A stretch of DNA of 64,000 nt, from assembly GCA_002633005.1 (NCBI GenBank), contig NMRA01000231.1:86351-150350 (forward strand). The letters run 5' to 3'. The DNA comes from Phoronis australis. Taxonomy: Eukaryota > Animalia > Phoronida. The translations under genes were made by a program, and so were the position numbers. Each line of letters starts with the position of its first letter. The stretch's first letter is position 1. The notes below the pieces were generated by a model that was given only the letters and a program-made list of their open reading frames with translations, did no database searches and was not told where the DNA came from. Shown in pieces: positions 1-12,300 of this stretch.

Positions 1-328
1 TTCTATCTACCTCAAATGTTAAATAAACGTTTTACTTACTTTCAGTACTTAGTAGCTTGGAAAAGGTAAAACTGTCGCCAGTGTAGCATTGACCTCGTTA
101 TTCCTAAGCAAGCGACTTCTAGTGGCACTAAATTAAAATACATTTAAAAATACTTACAATGGGGAAATGTAAATTATGCTTACAAGTGATAAGTTATTGA
201 CCTACAAGTTTTTTAAATTAAAAATCATTTTTATATAAAGAACAAATTTTGATAGAACCTAATCTTAATGACATTTTTAATCCATAATAAGTGTTTGTAA
301 TAGAGGCTACAGAGACACATGTGCAAAA

Positions 329-3300
329 ATGGCAGCCCCCAATGAGGCAGGATCACCGGAGGTTTATTTTGCTCAGAAATTGGCCGGCAATGAGAAGAAA
401 ACAAGAGATCAAGCTGTCAAAAGATTAAAAAAATGGTTAAGAGCTCGTTCGAATGTAAACGCAGGTACCCCTTTTTACCGACCTAGCTTTGCTCACGAAA
501 TTTTCGAAGTTTCCTTCGTGGTTTTCACGTGCGCAGTTCGTTTAGACAAGGCAATCATTGAATAATGGCCCCGTTAGTCAATCGATGAATTTGGTTCTCA
601 AAGTCAAGGTCCACTATATCTATCTAGCTAGTTAGCTGTTTGAAGACTTTCGTCAAAATACGGCTAGAGAGCTGGCAATGACCATTGCCTCTGTTGGCCC
701 GAAGCAGAGGCGATGCAGAGGCTAGTATAGGCGCTCTGTACGCCGGAAGCTTTTCGGTGAATTATGCCTCGCACCGACTAAACCATCAAAGTCACGTTGT
801 TATAAATACCTTTTGCGCATAGAGGAACACCTTAGGAGGTTGTCGATGTGTTTAATTCCCAAAAGGGGCCGTGATTGATGTGGTTGGTTGGCGAGATATA
901 GGTTTAGTCAGAGAGGAAGATAGTGTGAAGTTGGAGATAAAAAGGGTTAGTGCTGATCAGACGTGTTTTGTGGGGAATAGTGAGTGGGAGGTCAAGGCAG
1001 GAGGGTTGGTAGGGTTGCTTGGGGAGAATGGGGAGTGGTTTACGGGAAAGAAGTTGGTTTGGATGGAGGCGTGTCAGTGGGCAGGGTGTCATTTTGTTGG
1101 GAAGGATATAGGGGCACATGTTAGGTTTTGGCATTTGCCGAAATGTGTATATTGGCGGAGTCGAGTTTTGTTTTGAAGTTGGTACGTCAGTTGGGGAAGG
1201 TTTTAGTGGGAAGTGGGGATTTGGCTGTGATAAGGGTGTGGTTATTGGAAAGTGCGGGAGATTTGGGGGATGCGGATTTTAGGGAGGTAGTGAGGGTATG
1301 TAGGGAGTTAGGATGGGCAGTTCCGAGGGGCAGGTGTTTGAGGGAGTCTCAGGTGGTGTTGTTGTCGTGGAAAGGGGTTGAGGGGTTAATGAGGAGGCTA
1401 TCTGTAGGACAGTTGTTGGATCGGTTGAGAGATAGGCCATTTTATAGATTTTAGGGTGGGGCATGGATTCGGGGATTGGGTGAGAGGGAGAGTAGTGGTG
1501 TTTGTGGTGGAGGCAGCGTGATGATGGATGGGGGGTTACAGTTGGGGAGGGGGTAAGGTTGTTGGAGGAGGTGGAATGTTTTCTGTATGTATGTTGATTT
1601 GGCTTATTTTATTTTGATAGGAGATTTATTATTTTGTGTCAGATGAGGTTTATTGTTTTGTTTTGGGGTGTATATTTTGCATTGTGGGGGTTTTTCTTTA
1701 TGACGTTGAGGTGTATGGTGGGTAGTCGTACGGAGTTCTCCAATTCTAACTGAGTGGCCTCGGTTGTGTGTCTGTTGTTTGGTAGACCGCCACTCTGGGT
1801 CAACCTTTGATAGTGTTCAGACGTCTCAGAAGCCAGTGCGGTTGAAGTAATTCAGGTAAGGCGTACTACACTCCGTTCATTTCTCAAAATTGAAAACTGA
1901 TCATTTTTACGTAGTACATGCCAGGTGATATGAAGTCATACCACCTGCAGCAAGCAGTATTAATAATGGTCAGTTTCCGATTTATGGAACGGTACAAAGG
2001 ACTGCTCGAAGAAAAAGTTTGATAACTGGAGTATTTGTTCGAGTTGGAAGGAATCGGCGGTCCACTAAGGTGCCCCTCTATGCATGGAAGGTACTTATAT
2101 GAAGGTGACATTGATTTTTAATCAGTATGAGTCATAATTCGCCGAAAAGCTTCTTTCGTTTAAAGCTCCATTTATAGGAGCTTCACTGTCTCTATTGAGC
2201 CAACCAGAGACGGTGGTCATGCCGGGGTGCATGCAAAATCTCACTTTGTCCGTTACCGCCATTTAAATGAAAATCTAATAAGCGTCATTTTGTTGCACAA
2301 TTCTCCGCCTTTTGTAACCAAGAAAATTCTGTCATCGTTTTGAAAACAGCACTCTTGTGACACACATATGCACTATTACCTAAATTCATCGCAACATCTC
2401 TCAGGAGATGATGACAGCTTTGCAGCAGCAAAGCTCGTTGTGAAATCGGTTTTCTGGTATTAAAATCCTGAAAACTTGTAGCAAAATGAAACCAGTTCCA
2501 ATAATGTGTTCTGACATGTGCACAAATTTGTGGAAGAAGAACAGTTAGTGGAAGAATCTTTGAACAGGGAATCTAAATTAGTGGAGTGATCTTGTGCATC
2601 GGCTTTCGGCGCTATAAAATATTGTGTAACCTATTGGCCAGTCTCTTCGTTGATTATTCAGTCAACTGTTCTTTCACAGGGTTGTGAACATGTCACAACA
2701 AATTATCGCAACTGGTTTCATTTCATTACAAGTTTTTAGTATTTTAATACCAGCAAACCGAATTTCAGAACAAACACCGCTGCTGCGGTAATTTTTTTAG
2801 TATTCATTGGATCACGTTGGCAACCTGCCAACGACGATGCTAGGTTGTTCAGTCATTTTCATACACCCGTCAACTTCGAAGTTTGTGTATTCAGTTGTAG
2901 TAATTAATAGGGCTGTCCCGGATTATTCAGGGACTCTCGAATCTCGCTGTACTTACCCACAATGTCATAAAAATCCATCAGTCACATTTCTGCCTTGTTT
3001 TCGTGGCATTGGAGTTTCACGTGTTATTTTTTGTTGTCTTATTCTTTACAAATTTTTTTTAGTTGCATTACTCTCTTTGTCCTTTCAATGCCAAGGAAGT
3101 ATCACACTGCTGTGCTTTGGGCGGCAACTCCAATGTTAGAAAGTTTGATTATTTAATTGTTAAACAGGATAGTATCCGTGGATGCATGATGTGAAATTCT
3201 TCGCCTTCCCAACGTCAACGACATACGCGAAAATGTGCCTGATTTCCAAAATGAGGTCACGCGCTTTCTTAATATCTTCAGTACAAAATAAGGAAAGTTC

Positions 3301-6300
3301 TCTCTGGGATGGCCCTATATATTGTATGCGAAATAAGCAGAGAATATTACCATATTTCATGGATCTGACTTAGTTTGTCTTGTGCAGGAAATAGAGAGAG
3401 AAACTCCAACTCACAGTCCATGTGCCAGATATCACTGTGTGGTATAATCTGCCTCTTGTTAAAGTCTTTCTTTTCTGATTTATGTAGCTGGTTTCACCGA
3501 GGAAGACATGCTGAAGATCTGGAAAGGGTTACATTACTGCATGTGGATGTCGGATAAGCCTCTAGTGCAGGTTTGTCAACACATTTTATAAGACAGTTAA
3601 AGTTTTTCTTTTACAAAAAATTAATCTTCATTTTCTTTTGTAAGCCAGTCATGTAAACGGCTGGAATTTTATCTGCCGAAGTGTTCCTTTCTTCTTTCTT
3701 TTTAAGATTTTGTCAAACAAAAATTTTCAACTCAACATTTCAGCATTTCTATTATTTGGAAAAATAAAACAGGTAAACAGGCGCAAACATTTCACCCAGT
3801 CTTTGCTGAGGCTACTGATTTGACATATTGATTTTTAATTATGTTATAAATTTAAGTCATGTTCTTTAGTCTTACATGTACAAGCATGGCTGTCTTGTTA
3901 CAGGAGGAGCTGGCCGATAACTTGTGTTCACTCATTAGTTCCTTCGGTACCCTGGACGGGTCGTTTATGTTCATCAACACCTTTTACAAGACGCTGTCTC
4001 GAGAATGGTTTGGCATCGATCGATTACGACTGGATAAATTCATGATGGTTTGTAAAGTTCTCTCAAACTGGTACCGTGTGCGGGTCTAACAATATCATTG
4101 TAGTGTTGCTGAGTGTCGCTTTCATTTTGTAACCGCAAAAGTTTCAAAATTTTACCGAAAACTGGCTCACATAGGGCACATGTTATGTCTTGCTTCACTG
4201 AAAAGGTCAATATGCAGGACCTTAGAAAAATGTCCAAAAAACTAACTTGCATAAAACGAAAACTGCAACAGTGAAGTTATGCGATATCATCTCAAAAATG
4301 GTTAATGGTCTGATATAATGTGCCTGAATTTTGAGAGCCCGTTTTGTCCACTGAATAATTGGCATCAAACTGGTTCTCAAGATACGGGCACATTATATTG
4401 GCCAAAAATGTATGTATATTAAATGAATTATGCTAGTGTTGTTGATGCTGTTATTTGTACCTTTTCTGCTAAATTAAGTAAAAAGTCATGGTCACACTCA
4501 CATGACCCAATCAATGGCGGATTCATTTAAAGTCAGAAATCTAATTCTGCAGGCTTTCTGCTTTCAGAAAATGAATGATTTTAATGAATTGCGTTGCATA
4601 ATTTTCTTGAGATATTTGTCTGAATGCATTGACTTGTAAACAGAGTCCAACATAACTCTAGTGCCTATTTCAGCAATATATGCCGCAAATATGTCCAGAC
4701 AAATGATAACAAGCTGAATAAAATTAGCGTGCACCTTCAGAGGGTCACTGTGGGGTCTCTTTTAGTTCTCACTGTGGCATGACTTTTGTCAACAAGAGTT
4801 GTTTGTTTAAATAATTTCTGTCTTTTAGTTCGTTTCTGAGAAACTGCTTTGCTGCATTTTGGCTTGTGTTGTCTCCCAGCTTTCTGATAGACTGCTTTGT
4901 ATGCATTATTCTCAGTTGGCTGTAGCAACCCCAATTTACAAGGAGTGCGATAGGCATTTGAGACATTGGAACCAGAACAGATGCACATATTATGGAAAGT
5001 AATGTTCTTATCTAATACATGGCGTCTGTATGTGTATTTTTGCCCAGATTTAATGCTTTGTAGGGCTTTCTGGGATTTACTCCATTTATTGTATTTCCTT
5101 AATTAACATTTAACATCTTTACTATCTCAATGCATGTTGTCATTGTAGCTGTACCGTCGTTTTCTTGACCAGTGTTTACTGCTAGTGAAAAAGAATGGCT
5201 GTGACACCAAACATGTGACTCGGTTGGTGGATATTCTGAAGTCAGAAGTAATGTTTGGGGCCTCAAGTCCAGATGGTCTAAAATTCCACTTGGCGGATAT
5301 ATACGTCAGTGAGCTGTCAAAAGTAATGGCGGACCAGGTATTGTATGTTAGTAAATGCGCTATGTGCAGTGCCCCCAATCCTTTGATTTTGAGTCCGAAT
5401 ATCAGCTCTATTACCCTCTGAAAAATATTGAAAAATCATGTAAAATTCTCCTTACTAGGTCCAAACATTTCCTTCAAGTGATTGAAAAAATTCCCTCGAG
5501 TTTCCAATTACTTGTAACCTACACAGGTGACAGTTTGAAAGAGCACAAAATGTTAGTTTTGGCTACTTGAAGCAAAGCCTGTGAGAGCTTGCAACATGGT
5601 GGGGGTGCTACTGATGGTGATCAGGAGGTAAATTTTCCTTCTCATCTGAAAAAATTACCCTCAGAAGGCACAGGCGCCTTTCCACTAGGATAAATGAGGG
5701 CCCTGTTTTGAATGGATAATTTCACTAATCAGGATGTAGATGAAGACCATGGGCATTAAAAAGTAAAGGACAAATGAACAATTCAATGGTGAGTTTTAAA
5801 CCAAATGTGGATGATAAACTACAATTGGAACTGCCATTGATTTCTGAGTGAACGTCCACTTGTAAAAGAAGATTACTATTATTATATCTAATTTTGAAAA
5901 TTAAATTCGGTCATCTGTTTAAAATGGTTTCATAAATGTCAAAAATATAAACCTTGAACATGTGAGTAACTATGAATCTTTCCACTAGACATACCTTTTC
6001 AAAAACTTGGACCTGGATCTATGATAATCTTGATGGCAAATATCCAGTTTCCATTGCACAAACGTTGTTCTACATGAAAAGTATTTTAAAAAATAAACTG
6101 GATTTGCTCCATTTTGTTATGACAATGAGGATAAATTCCATTTTAGCTAAACTCTGCAAATGTCATGCTGTTCCTCACGCCATGGATTGACTTCTTAGCC
6201 TCCAGCAAAAGGTAAGGAACCTTTTCACTGCATAACCTCGGTCTTTCCTTGTACCATACTCATCTGGGTTACCACTTGGCGTCTTTAGATTTAAATCTCA

Positions 6301-9300
6301 AAATTAAAGAGGTTTACGTAAAATGGACATTATTCGAAATCCTGTTAGGAATTGGTTTTAAAGTGTTCCACTTTTGCGTGTTGGGCTATCAAAAAGCACA
6401 GGGCTTTCTATTTTCATGAAAAAATAAAGTTGAGTAAAACAAGAACATAATTGTTTTAAAAAATTGAATTCGACAGCGTTTTTGAGGATGTGACCCAATT
6501 AAAAAAAAATCAAATTCTACAGGCTTTTTATGTTTAGAAAATATATTATGCCTTTACTGAGTTGAAATCGATAGTTTTGTAGATTTCTTGCTCAGTGTGC
6601 AGACTTATCATTATAGTTCTACACAGCTTCGCCAGCAGATCTGTAGACTGTGACCGTGGGATTTTTAGGTTAAGATTTTACACTGAGGCTGATCTCAGAA
6701 ATAATGTCTATTTGAACTGTACATGGGCTCATAAAAAGAATTTTTGAGAAATGTGGGGTTGAGCGCTGGCTGCTTACCCAAATGGTCTACTGGGTAAACA
6801 CCAATGGACTGCATTGACGTCGGACTTCATGTGTAGGAGTCGAATAAAAACTCGTGTGAGTGTTAGAGTGGGTTCTGTGGAAACTGCCTGATCAAAAGTC
6901 AAAAGATGGCCTCATTTGGGAGCTAGAATTGTGATGAATAGGCCATTCTGAGTGTTATAATTTGGGTGTGGATAGTAAGTCAGACATGGGTGCTTAAAAG
7001 TAAAAATTTGGACATTTTAATGGGGACAAGTACAGTGTATGACTTTTCAGAAGTGATGATTTTTTTTACTCACATGAAGTCATGAAATGAGTGGTATTCA
7101 AAATTTTAATATAAGCGAGATTTTTTAATGATATGACCTGGATACATGCACAGGCTTCCTGATAAAGTTCATCGTACCTTACGTACATGTAGAAAGGCCT
7201 ATTATCAACCATTTGCTTTGTGGAGCTCTGGACCAATATGTTTGTGTTACTGTTTGCAGCAAAGCTCTTGTGAAACACGTCATCAAAAGAGTGTTCATGG
7301 AGCTGGTTCTTCAGTCCGAGTTGAATCCGTTCAACGATGACAGCGAGGACGATGACGAAGGAAAAGGTGAAGCTAAAGAAGATTCGAAGTTGGCGGTAGA
7401 GTACATGGCAGTGGCTGATAGCTTGTTTAAGGTGGCGAGCTCACAGGCGTGTGTTGGACGTAACAGGAAACCTATCTACGACCTTGTGACCAAGTGAGAA
7501 GGCGCCTGGGTTTATTTTTTTAATTACTGTTTATGCATGTGTTCAGGCCCATGTGTTTATATGCAAATGACTTTTTTGAAAACGCATTGTGTTCGAATGT
7601 TTCTTATAAGGGTGCATGGGGCTTCAGGCGCAAGTGGAGGCAGACATCTTTCATAACATCTTTCTTAAACTGGACGTCTTAGTGCGTCTTGTCTGATCTT
7701 TGTGCATCACTGTAAACTAATTTTAAGAGGATAACAGTTTGGAATCACTGCACTATTGCATGTATTTTAATGTACCTTTACTCGGCTAAACATGGCTAAA
7801 TGCAGCTTTATACTAACAGTTAATTCAACATTTTAAACATGGGATCTCCTTATAGATGACCATCACTCCGTGGTCATTGAATGACTTATTGATGCATCTC
7901 GCTGACAGATGTTATAACTGCCACCAGTTTGCATTCGTCAATTTTACTCTTTCCATGGTCACTAGATATTGAAAAGGCTCTTTGTCTAATAATAAAGCTT
8001 ACTTGAAGATTAGTTATGAGTGTGTACTTTGTAAAAAAGGTAGAAAGAACTAAATCAGTAAAATGTATTAAAAGCGGCGAGACGTGTGATCCTTGCAGAC
8101 TTCGTCAGTGGCAACCAGCACCCCAGTGTTGGTGTTGTTGATACTTTGATATCGGCCATTCATATGTTGGCAAACATGTATTGTGATAGGAAGCAGGAAG
8201 TCAAATATGTTATTAATCATCACACCCACGTCTGGTCTAAGTCGTGCTATGTGAATTGCTGTTAATTTATTGTCTTTACTATCTTTTTTCTGTTTATTAT
8301 AAATAGTGGTATTATAACATTTTATATAATTTCACCATCTATTAGGTATATTTGAAACATTTGTGTGTTAACTCAAGGCAGTAGCTATTTTCAGTATCAT
8401 GTGACCAAAAGGCACTGTCGCTATCCTACAATCAAACGTCATTCCTTCACAGATTTTAACTGACTTAAGTTGTGTATTTTTACAGGTTCCGCGATTTGCA
8501 GCAAGGGAGGTTTCCTCTTGATGAAATACAAGAGAGCTCTGACGAAGACCTTACCAATGTTGATATTGATGCTGCTGTGAAAAGATTAGCAAGTTTAGAA
8601 AAATCACAGGCAACAAAGAAAAGAAAACATTCAATAACTGGAGGTACGTTTGAAATTCTAACTGCAGAAGATAATAATGGTTTTTAAGGCTATTGACGTT
8701 ACCTTTGAAAGCCTAAATTGCAAAGCAGCTGCAAGTAATGTCGTCCACTGCTAGTTTTTTCCAATGTTTTTGTGCACCCCATATACAAAATTGTGGATGC
8801 ATGTTGCCGTCACGTCTGTCTGGGCATTCGGTATCCGCTGCTGTATCTCTTAATCCCCTTGTAGGATCTTAAAGAGATTTGTCAGGTGTGTTCCTACGAA
8901 GTTGACGACCTATGATGACAATAGACTAAGTGACCTATGATCCCTAGAAGCACACTATTTGCGGTGCTATCGTAGGCGCATTTCAACACTTACGTTGCTC
9001 TTGTTAGTAAAAACCACCCATGTAAACATCCTGTTAGCTATGCAGTCGTGGGTGCATTTCAACCCTATGCATTTGTCTTGTTTAATAATTTTTAATAACA
9101 CATCATGATAACATGACTGATAATGCACATTCTTGCATCACGTAACGCACATGTGTTAGTTGGTCCTTCCTTTGCAAATAATACATGATTATACATGAGA
9201 AAATATCTCGTTATCTAGTAACGCTGTTTCCCAACTAAGATTTTATGACGAGATCATTATTTTTCCGCAACATAGAAATCCTGATTATACAAAGCATAGT

Positions 9301-12300
9301 TGTCTGATATAATATATTATGTGTAAGGTTTGTCGTCGAAATTGCTGCTCCGTCATTCTTTAAGCCATAGTTTGCTGGGCAAATCTCTTGTTTGTTCAAG
9401 TTCCTTTCTCGAAGGCAGTGTAGCCATTAGGAGAATTTAAGGTTTTTGTTACAAATTTCAATTCATTCAAGGGATAAAAGCAAGATGACATTAATGAGGA
9501 ACTAAACGAATGTGCCAGTGCAGAAAGGTGTTTTTTAAATTATCACAGAAAAGAAATAAATATCAAGAGAAAAGCACAGTTCTTAAGACTGTTATGAGCC
9601 ATAATTGTTTTTCTCTTGATATTTAGTTTTCTGTGCAGTATCAGCTGTCGTGATCGTATCCTCATCATGTTTTCCATTGGACTCGCTAAACTGTGACTTG
9701 TGAGATAGGAAAAGATTTGCATTGTGTAAGCAAAGAAATACAGATTATCTTCAAAGAGTGTTTGTGGGAAAAGAATAGTATGCGTGAGAAAAGAATACTG
9801 TTTGTGAGAAAAAAATGTTGTTTGTGAGAATGCCATTATGCAGTTCATAGGGCAGGGCTTGGAATTTTCCGCGGAAACACGGTTTTTCGCTTTTTTCAAA
9901 TGTTCTGTCCGCGCATTTTATTATATTTCCGCGTAAAAAAATTGGATTTGATATAAAATTTCCGCGGAAAATTCCTTTCTTACCGCGGCGTTGCAGACGA
10001 CGTTCACCTTGAAAAGCGGAAGTTTCTCTTTATGTTTCGGAGTAACGTAAATTGTCAACATTGCCGGGGCATCTGGGATAGCGTGGTGGGATTTTCAATG
10101 GCGTCTCGTGTTATTGTAAACCGCAGCGACAAATACTAAGGCTCTGCAGCCAAAAATGTGTGGGTTGGGAGTGGACGGACGAGCTAAAAGGACGCAGACG
10201 CATGCTACTGATGGTGGTAAGGTTTTTTTTTTAGTCCTCCCGATTTTTGTCGGGGAAAGGTTCACATGGACCATTTCAAGACTGGGTAGTGCGCATGATT
10301 TGGGTCGTAAAAGTTTCCGCGTTTTTTGTCATTGGTCATTCCAAGCCCTGATAGGGGAAATTGACTGACTATCTATTGTTTTTTGAATAGTTTTCACATT
10401 GTGTTCTTGGTTTTCCTTGCCGGTTTTAGATACTTGAGTCTGAATGAGTCTGCTTGCTTTTACAACTTCCTGTAGATGGCGTGGTTGGTGGGGAGAAACG
10501 AAGAAAGAAAACCAGTGCCTCGGAAACATCAGAGGTCACAGAGGGGTCAGAGGACCATGGAGCAAGTATTGCAGACAAGGAAGATGTGAATCAGAAGAAG
10601 AAAAAGAAGAAAAGGAAAAACCCGGAGGGTGACAAAATGGGTGACAGGGGTGATGAAGGGAATGAAGGCTTTGGCGAAGTGAAGAGAAATGGCGAGAAAG
10701 AGAGGACTTCCGTTGACACTAATGGTGGCGAGGGTGATGTTCCTGGGAAATTGATGAAGACAAAATCTAAAAAGTCACTGGATGGGAATCAGACACTAAA
10801 TGGGTTTGTTGCCAAAGGGTCAGAATCTGTCTCCAAAAAGAAGAAGAAAGGTGTGAAAAGTGGAACAGATGCAAGTTCAGCGTCATTGAAGACAGATCAA
10901 CTGTTTGACGAAGCTGCTTGGGGGGAAGAAGTCGTGTCAAAAAAGAAGAAAAGAAAGTCTAGTGCTACTGCTAACTCCTTTATTGAATCCAATGCTTCAA
11001 GTGATGCAGGTACTGGAGATTTTGGCAAAGAGACAATAGTCAGGAAGAGTAAGAAAGGGGCAAAAGTTGCTGATTTGACTGAAATGTCACCAGTTAGAGT
11101 GGAATGTGTTGCTAATGATAATTTGCAAAAAGCTGTCACTGTAAGTCCAGGCAAACCCCGAAAATCTACCAATAACGAAGCTCCTGACTTGACACAAACT
11201 TTTGCCAAAATTGAGAAGTTGAAGACTACTCCACCTGCGTTTGTCCGTAAAGCCTTGTCAAAGGTCACTCCTCGTACAGAACCGAAGAAAAAGTTGGCTG
11301 TTAAGTCCACTCCCATGTCGGAACCATCGCAAGGGAAACGAGTCAGTTTCANATTCAAGGTATAAAAACAAGATGACATTAATGAGGAACTAAGTGGATG
11401 TGCCAGTGCAGAAAGGTGTTTTTTAAATTGTCACAGAAAAGAAATAAATATCAAGAGAAAAGCACAGTTATTGAGACTGCTATGAACCATAATTGTTTTT
11501 CTCTTGATATTTAGTTTTCTGTGCAGTATCAGCAGTCGTGATCGTATCCTCATCATGTTTTCCATTGGACTCGCTAAACTGTGACTTGCTTACACAATGC
11601 AAAGAAATACAGATTATCTTCAACGAGTGTTTGTGGGAAAAGAATAGTATGCGTGAGAAAAGAATACTGTTTGTGAGAAAAAAATGTTGTTTGTGAGAAT
11701 GCCCTTATGCAGTTCATAGGGCAGGGCTTGGAATTTTCCGCGGAAACTCGGATTTCCGCTTTTTTCAAATGTTCTGTCCGCGCATTTTATTATATTTCCG
11801 CGTAAAAAAATTGGATTCGATATAAAATTTCCGCGGAAAATTCCTTTCTTACCGCGGCGTTGCAGACGACGTTCACCTCGAAAAGCGGAAGTTGCTCTTT
11901 ATGTTTCGGAGGAACGTAAATTGTCAACATTGCCGGGGCATCTGAGATAGCGTGGTGGGATTTTCAATGGCGTCTCGTGTTATTGTAAACCGCAGCGACA
12001 AATACTACGGCTCTGCAGCCAAAAATGTGTGGGTTGGGAGTGGACGGACGAGCTAAAAGGACGCAGACGCATGCTACTGATGGTGGTAACGTTTTTTTTT
12101 AGTCCTCCCGATTTTTGTCGGGGAAAGGTTCACATGGACCATTTCAAGGCTGGGTAGTGCGCCTGATTTGGGCCGTAAAAGTTTCCGCGTTTTTGTCATT
12201 GGTCATTCCAAGCCCTGATAGGGGAAATTGACTGACTATCTATTGCTTTTTGAGTAGTTTTCACATTGTGTTCTTGGTGTTCCTTGCCGGTTTTAGATAC

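Noticed and set aside
1-130. Possible first exon of a head-to-head gene (minus-strand GTAAGT donor at 34-39)
   Set aside because: The only ATG frame stops before the donor, and the window edge prevents checking.
640-700. CGAAAGTC on the minus strand as a second hammerhead
   Set aside because: No CUGANGA core or stem II upstream.
871-1464. Overlapping ORFs in the G/T-rich segment; possible NUMT or protein-coding gene
   Set aside because: No recognisable domain or mitochondrial protein in any frame; the ORFs are explained by compositional skew.
5807-5859. Possible intronic C/D box snoRNA (GTGGATGATA...CTGA...TCCAC) in RRP1B
   Set aside because: Box C is imperfect, box D is not adjacent to the terminal stem, the sequence is short, and I identified no rRNA guide complementarity. 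snoscan or Infernal would be needed.
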